A DNA stretch of 19,748 nt from Candidatus Heimdallarchaeota archaeon (GTDB lineage Archaea > Asgardarchaeota > Heimdallarchaeia > Hodarchaeales > Hodarchaeaceae), in NCBI GenBank assembly GCA_019057635.1, contig DXJL01000096.1, positions 1 through 19,748 of the forward strand, in the 5' to 3' direction. This document shows positions 8,146 through 16,566 of this stretch, in pieces. A program made the position numbers and the translations under genes. The notes under the pieces were generated by a model, which had not been told where the DNA came from, did not search any database, and saw only the letters and a program-made list of their open reading frames with translations. Position 1 is the first letter of the stretch, and each line of letters begins with the position of its first letter.

Positions 8146-10041
8146 ATGGTGATGACAAAACCGGATCATGTTGAATATTATTGTGGCTTTCTGATTAATA
8201 AACTTGAGAGACTAAGGAACAAGCAGTTAATTAAGGACTTGGACAAAACTCTTCGGAAACAAGGCAAGACTAAGCACTCTCACTCAAAGGAGCTCAATAC
8301 ATTCATTGTGGCTCATTCACATCTCAATGCTGCTCATTTTGAGGATTCAGAGAATAGAAAACTTCTTGAAGCGAAGTTAATGGATGTATATAATAAGAAA
8401 TATCTCCCTAAAATCAAAAACAACAGAAAAAGGGCCCTTGAGAAAGATATTGAACTAAACGAGTCAAAAAAGACCCTTTTAAGAGCTACTCGTCATTTAC
8501 CTCAAGCGCAAGCAACCGAAATAAAAGAGCAGATAAACACACGGTTTAACGAACTACTCAATGATCTAAATCGACGATTTGATGAAATGAATGACAAAAC
8601 GGTGTTTTCTCTCTGGGATTTACCTGGTGTAGAAGAAGACCGACTCATATTGTACAATCAAATTATTAATCGCCCTTCTTCAATGGAAGGAGAACATGAG
8701 GCTATTGGCGAACTAGTAGATGAAATGGCGCTTGTTATTTTTAGTAACCAGTTTTTACCAAATCTGAAAACACTCCTCGAAGGGCCCCTCTCATTAGCTG
8801 AGAGCGGTGTACAAATCTTGAACTCTCATCGGTCCTTCCTTTCTGAATCTGCTTCTAACGATCAACACAAAGATGATTTCACCTATGCTCTTCGGGTACT
8901 GCTAGGTAAGATATTAGGGGTTAGAGATATTATCAAAGTCTGCAAAAGAGAAGTTGCTCGTTTCAAGAGAATTCTCGGTGAAATAGACGTAGAAGCAGAT
9001 TATCTCCATTCAGAAGGTATTAAGGAAGTAGCACGTAAATTTATTGATCTTAAGGAAGTAAAAGCTCGTTTATCAGATGTAGAAAAGATAGAACTAAGTC
9101 TCGGGGATTTAACTTCTCTTCTACGGGATTTGGTTCATGACAGTGATCTCAGACCTGTTAAGAGTAGTGCTAGGCATAATCCGCTCGAAGGTAAACTTCT
9201 ACAGTACATTCTTGATTTTTATATTGCCCTCGAGGGTATAAGGTTCTGGACTGATACTTATGCAGATATTGTCCAATTTACCGTCCTCAAAGGTGGTGTA
9301 GCATTCGAATATGGTGAAGTAGTAGATATTAAAATCCCAGAGGACTCAGCACTTTATGCAAATGATATTTTCAAACAATATAAGCTCCCTGTATCAACGG
9401 TCTATGCGCTACGAGGCTGTGATATAGATATCAAACGAGGTGAATTTGTATCTCTCATCGGTCCTTCTGGATCAGGTAAAACGACATTGCTGAACATTAT
9501 CTCAGGACTGGATACGCAAGACCGAGGTGAAGTCTATGTCGATGGAGTCAATCTTCGTAAACTGTCAGATAATCAATTAACTGAGCTTCGTCGCGATAAA
9601 ATGGGCTTTATTTTTCAATTTTATAATCTGATGCCCGTTTTGACAAACCAGGAGAATGTAGCTTTTCCTGCAGATCTAGCAGGTAAAACAGGTGATAAAA
9701 AAGGTCGATCCTTGGAGCTTTTACAAGATGTAGGCCTAGGGAAATTCCATGGTCAATTTCCTAACAAACTTTCTGGTGGTCAAATGCAACGAGTCACTGT
9801 GGCTCGCTCACTTATGAATAATCCCGTAGTCCTTTTTGCAGATGAACCTACAGGTGATTTAGACTCAGTTACTGGTGAAGCGGTCCTTGCACTCCTGAAA
9901 GAATTTCATAAACAAGGTTCTACGATTGTGTTAGTCACTCACGACCTGAAGATTGCAGGACATGCCGAACGGATAATTTCAATGAAGGATGGTCGAGTCA
10001 CAGACATTACTACAGAAGAACTTGAGAAGATGATGCTCTAG
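8146..10041 (+). CDS. LolD-type ABC ATP-binding protein with ~395-aa N-terminal soluble helical domain of unknown function
   Basis: C-terminal ~235 aa has GPSGSGKTT (from nt 9460), IFQ, LSGGQ, LFADEPTGDLD and VTHD. The N-terminal part is charged, Leu/Glu/Lys-rich, with no TM stretch. aggag RBS overlaps the previous stop. Confidence 0.9.
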   Translation: MVMTKPDHVEYYCGFLINKLERLRNKQLIKDLDKTLRKQGKTKHSHSKELNTFIVAHSHLNAAHFEDSENRKLLEAKLMDVYNKKYLPKIKNNRKRALEKDIELNESKKTLLRATRHLPQAQATEIKEQINTRFNELLNDLNRRFDEMNDKTVFSLWDLPGVEEDRLILYNQIINRPSSMEGEHEAIGELVDEMALVIFSNQFLPNLKTLLEGPLSLAESGVQILNSHRSFLSESASNDQHKDDFTYALRVLLGKILGVRDIIKVCKREVARFKRILGEIDVEADYLHSEGIKEVARKFIDLKEVKARLSDVEKIELSLGDLTSLLRDLVHDSDLRPVKSSARHNPLEGKLLQYILDFYIALEGIRFWTDTYADIVQFTVLKGGVAFEYGEVVDIKIPEDSALYANDIFKQYKLPVSTVYALRGCDIDIKRGEFVSLIGPSGSGKTTLLNIISGLDTQDRGEVYVDGVNLRKLSDNQLTELRRDKMGFIFQFYNLMPVLTNQENVAFPADLAGKTGDKKGRSLELLQDVGLGKFHGQFPNKLSGGQMQRVTVARSLMNNPVVLFADEPTGDLDSVTGEAVLALLKEFHKQGSTIVLVTHDLKIAGHAERIISMKDGRVTDITTEELEKMML

Positions 10042-10370
10042 AAGTATTCTTTATGAATCCATTCTAGTATTTGCAAAGCATTATTACAATCAATCCGAAG
10101 ACAATGAAGATTTTCCAATATCGTAAACCTAGATCTTATTACTATTAAAGACAGACCTACTTATTAAACCTAGTACTCTAAATGGCAGAGCTAATATAAA
10201 CGAGCTCTTATCTATCAAGACTACTTTCTTTTTTCAACTTGATTCTTTCACATCTCGGACAATTTTTTACTCTGAGAATTAAGGGGATTAAACTATTCGT
10301 TCACGTCCTTTCATCGATTGAATACGAAATGGTATAATCTCGTTACAACTTAACTAGGAAGAATAGAAAT

Positions 10371-10607
10371 ATGACTAAAGTAAAGAAAACGATAGATGCA
10401 CGTGGATTATTATGTCCTCAGCCTATTTTGAAATCAAGAAAGGCAATGAAAGGCTTGAAAAAGAATCATGTACTAGAAATTCTAACTACTGATCCGGGGA
10501 GTAAGACTGACATTCCAGCCTGGGCTCAAGTCACGGGTCAGGAACTCATTTCCGCGGAAGAGCTCGGTCCAAAAGAGTTCCGTTTTCTTATTAGGAAACT
10601 GAAATAA
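10371..10607 (+). CDS. tusA: Sulfur carrier TusA/SirA family protein
   Basis: IDARGLLCPQP (CPxP motif) and LEILTTDPGSKTDIPAW; 78 aa. Confidence 0.92.
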   Translation: MTKVKKTIDARGLLCPQPILKSRKAMKGLKKNHVLEILTTDPGSKTDIPAWAQVTGQELISAEELGPKEFRFLIRKLK

Positions 10608-10910
10608 AGGTTGAATGGTGATTTATGACTGAATCTGTGCCTCATAGAATTACTCTTCACAGCATGAGGCCTCTGTAGATTCTATGTCAGAATGTACTAT
10701 CGCTATTCTATTATTAAGAAGAATCGTGTCCAAATCACTAATATTCTGATTTTCAGTTTTGTTTCTAATGATAAATGCAATACGTGCTATCCTTAGTACG
10801 TCATCTTGAGAATTTCCCTTAGCAATGGCATATATATAATGAATCACTATGATAATAGGTTGGTCTCTCCTTTGAACTCTAATGATTGAAAAATTGAGTT
10901 TGGTAAAGAA

Positions 10911-12053
10911 ATGAAAGATGTAACAGTTAAAGACAGGAATAAACTTGTCCTTGTTGGTGCAGGACACAGTAACCTCCATCTAGTGAAAAACGCAATGTTG
11001 TTACAAAGTCACGGATTTGATATCACTCTAATTTCTCCCACTGATTTATATTACAATGGAGTAGCTCCAGGAGTTTTGAGTAATCAATATCCTACAGGAT
11101 TTGGAAGGATTACTGCTAAATGCCATTTAGATAAGGTTAAAGGGAAAAATTATCAGAAAAAGGTAACTAGAATTGATCTTAAGAATAAACAAGTCCAGCT
11201 TGAGGATCATAAATTCATCCGATTCGATTATCTGAGTATAAATACTGGGGGAAGTGTGCCAACTAATCAAATCCCTGGAAGTTCCACCTTTTCTATTCCA
11301 ATCAGACCTATTGGAAGTTTTTGGCAACTCAGTGAGGAAATTCAACGGCTAAGGAATAATTCCCCTGAGTCTATCTCCGTTACTATCATTGGTGGAGGTG
11401 CAGCTGGTGTAGAAGTGGCTGGAAATGTTCATCATCTGATTAAATCTTTTGGCATTATACCTGTTATTTCGATCATAACAAAGGGAGAATTAATTCTTTC
11501 TCAATTTTCATCGTCTGTTTCTAATAAGGTATCAAAATTATTTAGACAGCGAGGAATCAACATAATCACAAAATCCAAAGTAGTCGAAATTAGAGAAGAG
11601 GAAATAGTATTAAAACGTAACAAAGAACATCCATATGAATTCTGTGTCTTAGCAACGGGAATTATCCCGAATAGTATTGATTCACAAGGCTTACTTCAAA
11701 CGACCGAAAATGGTGAGCTAGTTGTTAATTCATTTTTACAATGTACAGATAATCCTCAAGTTTTTGCTACAGGTGATTGCAGTCATTTTGAAGCACAGCC
11801 TCTATGGAAATCAGGCTATCATGCAATAAATCAAGGCCCTGTTTTGTTGAAAAATATAGTAGCACAATCAGAGGGGTCACAATTATATGAGTACAAACCA
11901 TCAAAAAGAATTTTAACAGCACTAAATTTAGGAAGTAAAGCGGGTTTAGTGATATTCGGAAAATATTCCCACCTAGGTAAGTTGGGTTTTATTATAAAAG
12001 ATTATATTGAAAAGAGATACATTAACTCCTATCGTTGTAAATCAAAAGCCTAA
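10911..12053 (+). CDS. FAD-dependent pyridine nucleotide-disulfide/NDH-2-like oxidoreductase (type often fused to SelD)
   Basis: LVLVGAGHSNL FAD loop, YYNGVAPG, IIGGGAAGVE NAD(P) loop, VFATGDC, KSGYHAINQGPVL and KDYIEKRY. These resemble GGGHAH/YSGMLPG/KAGVYAVRQGPVL/KDWIDRRF of the TIGR03169-type family, recalled from memory. Confidence 0.85.
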   Translation: MKDVTVKDRNKLVLVGAGHSNLHLVKNAMLLQSHGFDITLISPTDLYYNGVAPGVLSNQYPTGFGRITAKCHLDKVKGKNYQKKVTRIDLKNKQVQLEDHKFIRFDYLSINTGGSVPTNQIPGSSTFSIPIRPIGSFWQLSEEIQRLRNNSPESISVTIIGGGAAGVEVAGNVHHLIKSFGIIPVISIITKGELILSQFSSSVSNKVSKLFRQRGINIITKSKVVEIREEEIVLKRNKEHPYEFCVLATGIIPNSIDSQGLLQTTENGELVVNSFLQCTDNPQVFATGDCSHFEAQPLWKSGYHAINQGPVLLKNIVAQSEGSQLYEYKPSKRILTALNLGSKAGLVIFGKYSHLGKLGFIIKDYIEKRYINSYRCKSKA

Positions 12054-12076
12054 GCAGCGAGATTTGGCTCAAATCA

Positions 12077-12094
12077 TAAAAAAAAAGAAGAAAA
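12077..12094 (-). terminator. T-tract terminator for the minus-strand ABC operon
   Basis: A-run aaaaaaaaagaagaaaa on + strand, ~20 nt past the stop at 12116, in a convergent intergenic gap. Confidence 0.5.
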
Positions 12095-12115
12095 TCCATC
12101 GGTAAATTGGAATTC

Positions 12116-14557
12116 TTAAGAGATCATCCGATGGTGAAGCATATCAGGGAGGGAAGTACGCCATGTTTTCCAAGTTAACAGACTAGTTGAAAGGAACACA
12201 CAAAAAATAATGCATCCAATCACTATAACCCAAAGTTCGATAGGGACTATAACAGGAATATACATATCTGTAATTAAAAAATCATAACTTGGTCGTAGTA
12301 AAGCAATGCTCAGAATACCACCAAGAAATAGACCTGAAAGTCCATAAAGCAAGTTTTCTAAAAATATAACTTTCAGAATACTTCGACGTTTTGCCCCCAT
12401 GGCTCTGAGAGCCAGAAATTCCATTTCACGATCCATCATTGTCAGTGATATACTGGAAAATGTGAATAGTATTAGCGCTCCAAGTCCCAGAAGGCCAACG
12501 AAAATTAAAAGTCCCATGATCATTTCCATCATTGTTTCAATTGTTCTTAGAGTTTCTTTGGTATCAGAAATGAGGTAGGGTTGGTATAGTATAGTAATCT
12601 GTGATTTTACTTCTGTTTTCTGTGTCTGTGTCACTCCTTCGTCAAAGCTAAAAACGAAACCTGTGACATTTTCAGCAATTCCAATTTGTTGAATATCCCC
12701 AGTTTTTGCCTGGAGTCCTTCAATAGTCCAAAGTAAGGCATTATCGATTAATTCTCCAGTAATTCCAACAACCTCTAAACTGAAAATATTCGCCTGATCA
12801 AATGTAACCGTAATTATTTCACCAATTCGAATATTGTGATCCTCAGCCAGATTACTTCCAACAAGGATGGAATTTTTTCCAAGATCTTCCTTACTAAGTT
12901 TTCTATTCCCAGATATGATATGATATTCCCGTAACGTTGAGTTCTCATGAAAAGCATGGAGTGGTACACGAATAGATTCCCCATTAAAGTCTGAAATGAA
13001 CACCTGAGTATTAATGTAGCCTTCTGCGTATTTAATTCCCTCTATGTTTTGGAGTTCAGATTTAATTAACTTCTCGTTCGTCGGCCCCTGAAGAATCACA
13101 TTCATATCGTATTTTTCATATTCTGTGTAATTTTGCTTCATCCCATAAATGAGATCATATGTCAAACTAACAGCAGCTATCAGGATAATCATCGATGTAG
13201 CTACCGCAATTATCGTAGATATAGACCTCTTTTTATTCATAAAAACTGTTCTTATTGGAATTTTAGTGTTTAATCGTTTAACCAGTCCAGATTTATATAA
13301 AGATTTTTCCAACAGAGGTTCATTACCCAATTGACTTTTAGAATAGGGAGCGATCATTGCTTCACGAGGAGTCAAACGAAGTACTGGCAATGTTGCTAGA
13401 AAGGAAAAGAAAGCTGTGACAGCTATAGCTAATAGGGATCCACCAAGCCATATTCCAGGATCAAATCCAATTTTAATAGTAGTAAATCCATGCATATCAG
13501 CTCTGACATTAACTGCGGAAATACTGAGTAATCCAGCCGCAATCCAACCGATAGCTATACCAGCTAGACTGAGAATAACCCCCAATCCTAAATAATGGAA
13601 GAAAACTTCCCTTTTTTTCGCTCCTAAAGCACCGTATAAGCCAATGTGAGATCGTTGAGCAATTACTAATTTACTCAACGAATTATAGATAGCTGTGGAA
13701 CCTGCAACAAGACCAAAAAATCCAAAAACTAATCCGATTTTATCATGCGGATTATCGAAATAAAAGAAAGTATAGTCAGGAGCCTCATCCCAGTAAATAA
13801 CTTTTCGGATTTTCCCACTACCAATAACCTCCGTTAAAACTTGATCTGCCAGCTGATTTGCAGTATGAGAACGATCATTCGTCTTCACAAGAACCTCATT
13901 TATCCCATCTACAGCCAAAAATGTTTGGAGACGTTCTAAGGACACATACAAGATACACAATTCACCATTAAATGTGGCATAATTAGTTTGCTCATCTACG
14001 GGGTATAAGTAGTCAGAATCGATAACAAGTCCAGATATAGTAAAATTCTCAGATATTAAACCAGAATTGAGGGTAATTGTATCTCCAAGAAGATTAGAAT
14101 TTGCTCCACCAAGAAAAAAAGAAGAAGCAAAATGTCTTTCGATAACAACTTCAGATTCAACAGTCGGATGATTTCCAAATTCGACTTCTAAGTGATTTAT
14201 CGTATTCTTTGAGAAGTTAACTCCAATTACATAAGCGTTGTAATCACTTCTATTATGTGTCACAGTGGCAAATTGAAAAATCCTTCCCTCAAGGTCTTCA
14301 ATACCCGCTTCTTGAATATTAGTTTTTGATAATATAAATGTTAAATTCTCTTCAGGAATGAATTCACTTAATCTAACACGAAGATCGGCGTTATTTAAGT
14401 TCTGGTAGTGGGCAGCAATTGTAGCATCATATGACTCCTTAATATTAAGTAATCCAATACCTAAAGCAATAGTAATGGTCACAGTGAGGACAATAACGAC
14501 CGAACGAAATTTATTGAGCCGAATTTCTCGAAAGATTTTCCTGGTGAGAATTTTCAA
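12116..14557 (-). CDS. MacB/FtsX-family ABC permease, two fused halves (~8 TM)
   Basis: NKFRSVVIVLTVTI, QRSHIGLYGALG, LRLTPREAM, NKKRSISTIIAVA and DREMEFLALRAMG. TTG start overlaps the upstream ATPase stop (TTGA, 4-nt overlap), suggesting translational coupling. Confidence 0.92.
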   Translation of the reverse strand: MKILTRKIFREIRLNKFRSVVIVLTVTITIALGIGLLNIKESYDATIAAHYQNLNNADLRVRLSEFIPEENLTFILSKTNIQEAGIEDLEGRIFQFATVTHNRSDYNAYVIGVNFSKNTINHLEVEFGNHPTVESEVVIERHFASSFFLGGANSNLLGDTITLNSGLISENFTISGLVIDSDYLYPVDEQTNYATFNGELCILYVSLERLQTFLAVDGINEVLVKTNDRSHTANQLADQVLTEVIGSGKIRKVIYWDEAPDYTFFYFDNPHDKIGLVFGFFGLVAGSTAIYNSLSKLVIAQRSHIGLYGALGAKKREVFFHYLGLGVILSLAGIAIGWIAAGLLSISAVNVRADMHGFTTIKIGFDPGIWLGGSLLAIAVTAFFSFLATLPVLRLTPREAMIAPYSKSQLGNEPLLEKSLYKSGLVKRLNTKIPIRTVFMNKKRSISTIIAVATSMIILIAAVSLTYDLIYGMKQNYTEYEKYDMNVILQGPTNEKLIKSELQNIEGIKYAEGYINTQVFISDFNGESIRVPLHAFHENSTLREYHIISGNRKLSKEDLGKNSILVGSNLAEDHNIRIGEIITVTFDQANIFSLEVVGITGELIDNALLWTIEGLQAKTGDIQQIGIAENVTGFVFSFDEGVTQTQKTEVKSQITILYQPYLISDTKETLRTIETMMEMIMGLLIFVGLLGLGALILFTFSSISLTMMDREMEFLALRAMGAKRRSILKVIFLENLLYGLSGLFLGGILSIALLRPSYDFLITDMYIPVIVPIELWVIVIGCIIFCVFLSTSLLTWKTWRTSLPDMLHHRMIS

Positions 14558-15285
14558 TTATATTGCACCTTCTTGAAATTTTGGACCGAAGGGTCTTCAT
14601 CAACTGATACAATTTCACCGTCTCGGAGATGAAAGACACGATCAGCTTTCTCTGTAATACTGAGATCGTGTGAAACGACGATAAAGGTTCCACCGAATTT
14701 TTCGTTTAGTCCTTTCATTAGATCTGCAATCTTTTGTCCATTAATAAAGTCAAGATTCCCTGTAGGTTCATCAGCTACAATAATTTTAGGATTCTTAACT
14801 AAAGCTCGCGCAATAGCTACTCTTTGCTGTTCTCCTCCAGAAAGTTGACTTGGAAATCGATCAGTTTTATCCCCAAGTCCTACAGCTTCAAGAGTTTCGC
14901 AAGCGGTCTTTTTTAATTCTTTCCGTACACCTTTAAATTCCAGAGCGAGAGCTACATTCTCCCAAGCTCTTAAGGAGGGAATTAAATTAAAAAATTGGAA
15001 TATCCAACCAACTTCATTTCTCCGATACTCTGATAATTTTCCGCTACCCCAGTCAGTGATTTCTTCATTATTGATTCTTACTTTACCGTCTGTCGGGGAA
15101 TCTATACCACCAATTTGATTGAGTAAAGTGGTTTTTCCGGATCCACTTGGACCTAAAACAACCACAAATTCACCTTCATAGACTTTCATATTAATTCCAC
15201 GAAGGGCTTTTATTGCTATTTCACCAATATGAAATTCTCGGTGTACATTGGACACCTCAACTGCAATAGTACGAGATTCTGTCAT
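14554..15285 (-). CDS. LolD/MacB-type ABC ATP-binding protein
   Basis: GPSGSGKTT, IFQ, LSGGEQQRV, IVADEPTGNLD, VSHD. ATG 15285 follows GAGGT by 7 nt; alternative start 15303. Confidence 0.95.
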   Translation of the reverse strand: MTESRTIAVEVSNVHREFHIGEIAIKALRGINMKVYEGEFVVVLGPSGSGKTTLLNQIGGIDSPTDGKVRINNEEITDWGSGKLSEYRRNEVGWIFQFFNLIPSLRAWENVALALEFKGVRKELKKTACETLEAVGLGDKTDRFPSQLSGGEQQRVAIARALVKNPKIIVADEPTGNLDFINGQKIADLMKGLNEKFGGTFIVVSHDLSITEKADRVFHLRDGEIVSVDEDPSVQNFKKVQYN

Positions 15286-15368
15286 TTTCTTTACCTCATT
15301 CATTTTTTCTTTCTAATTGATTTCACATGCAATATTTTCATCACTTGCGGAAATGATGCAATTGACCC

Positions 15369-15375
15369 ATATAAA
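15369..15375 (-). promoter_or_regulatory. Candidate TATA box for the minus-strand ABC operon
   Basis: TTTATAT on the minus strand ~65-85 nt upstream of the candidate starts; an AT-rich background limits specificity. Confidence 0.35.
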
Positions 15376-15631
15376 TACTTACTCAATGGGCCAAACAATG
15401 TAAGATGTGTTTTAATGAATCGAAAAACCGTTTTGCTTGTGTAAGAAAGAAAATAGATAATTTAATCACAAATAAAGTATTTTCAAAAAGTAAAATAAAT
15501 TTAAAAGCTATATTAAGCCAATAGATCAGGAGATTGAATGGAAATTCACAAAGTGTTCATAATTTAAGTTGATAATATTTAAATTTTGCATCCTTTCTTT
15601 ATATTTCTTGTTTTATAAGACATTTGTCCAT

Positions 15632-15643
15632 ATTTTATAAAAT
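15632..15643 (+). promoter_or_regulatory. Candidate TATA box for the fumarase operon
   Basis: attttataaaat (palindromic, contains TTTATAAA) 25-35 nt upstream of GTG 15668 / ATG 15677. Confidence 0.5.
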
Positions 15644-15676
15644 CTAATCTATTTAATCGTTACCTAAGTGATTAAT

Positions 15677-16564
15677 ATGACCTTTTACACACTAATAGAG
15701 GATACAACAGTAAAACTACTGAAATTTGCGGCAACACAATTGCCAAACGACGTATCTGAAGCATTGAAGAAGATGCAAGAAGAGGAGACAATTCCCCCGA
15801 GCAAAGCAGCATTATCAACAATAGTTGATAATTTTGGTATTGCGGAAGAAACGGCGACACCTATGTGCCAAGACACGGGCATACATATCTATTATGTCAA
15901 CATTGGTGAAAACTTTCCCAAAGTTATCGGAATTGAAGAAATCCTGAGGAGAGCTTCAGCTCGTGCTACAAAGGAAGTCCCTCTACGACCGAATGCAGTA
16001 AATCCAATTGTTGGAGGAAATAGTGGGGATAATACTGGACGACATATTCCATTTATCAATTATGATTTCATTCCTGGAGCAGATTTTTTGGAAATAACCG
16101 TCTTTCCGAAAGGTGGTGGATCGGAAAACATGTGCGCTTTGGGAATGTTAAAACCTGGACAAGGAATTAAAGGTATTAAGAAATTTGTGATTGAAACAAT
16201 TTTCAATGCAGGTGGTCAACCCTGTCCACCCGTTGTTGTAGGCATTGGTATCGGTGGAGGCGCTGATATCGCGTTGAAGCTAGGAAAGAAGCAATTAATG
16301 CGTCCTCTTGGACAAAGACACCCTGAACCTGAAATAGCTAAACTTGAAGAAGAACTCTTAGAAGCTATCAATATGACAGGTTTCGGTTCAATGGGTCTAG
16401 GAGGAGAAGTTTCAACTGCTTTGGATGTCAAAATTGATTATGCACATCGACATCCTGCATCACTACCAGTAGGTGTAGCAATTCAATGTTGGGCCGCGAG
16501 AAAATCCACTGCTCGGATTTATCAAGACGGTCGAGTAGAATTCTTAACACATAAGGAGGATTGA
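15677..16564 (+). CDS. Class I Fe-S fumarate hydratase alpha subunit (fumarase/tartrate dehydratase TtdA family)
   Basis: PMCQDTG, KGGGSEN, GGQPCPP, HPASLPV and QCWAAR (three Fe-S Cys). Proximity to sucCD favours fumarase over tartrate dehydratase. ATG 15677; alternative GTG 15668. Confidence 0.9.
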   Translation: MTFYTLIEDTTVKLLKFAATQLPNDVSEALKKMQEEETIPPSKAALSTIVDNFGIAEETATPMCQDTGIHIYYVNIGENFPKVIGIEEILRRASARATKEVPLRPNAVNPIVGGNSGDNTGRHIPFINYDFIPGADFLEITVFPKGGGSENMCALGMLKPGQGIKGIKKFVIETIFNAGGQPCPPVVVGIGIGGGADIALKLGKKQLMRPLGQRHPEPEIAKLEEELLEAINMTGFGSMGLGGEVSTALDVKIDYAHRHPASLPVGVAIQCWAARKSTARIYQDGRVEFLTHKED

Positions 16565-16566
16565 TC

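Noticed and set aside
9021-9060. taaggaagta repeated 30 nt apart in the helical domain
   Set aside because: Only two copies encoding KEV; not a tandem array.
10625-10678. MTESVPHRITLHSMRPL* after a GGTGA, considered as a SelD N-terminal remnant
   Set aside because: No G-[CU]-G-x-K motif in any frame, and the RBS spacing is too short.
15229-15444. 71-aa + strand ORF
   Set aside because: Overlaps the ATPase start antisense and the promoter region; no protein-like features.
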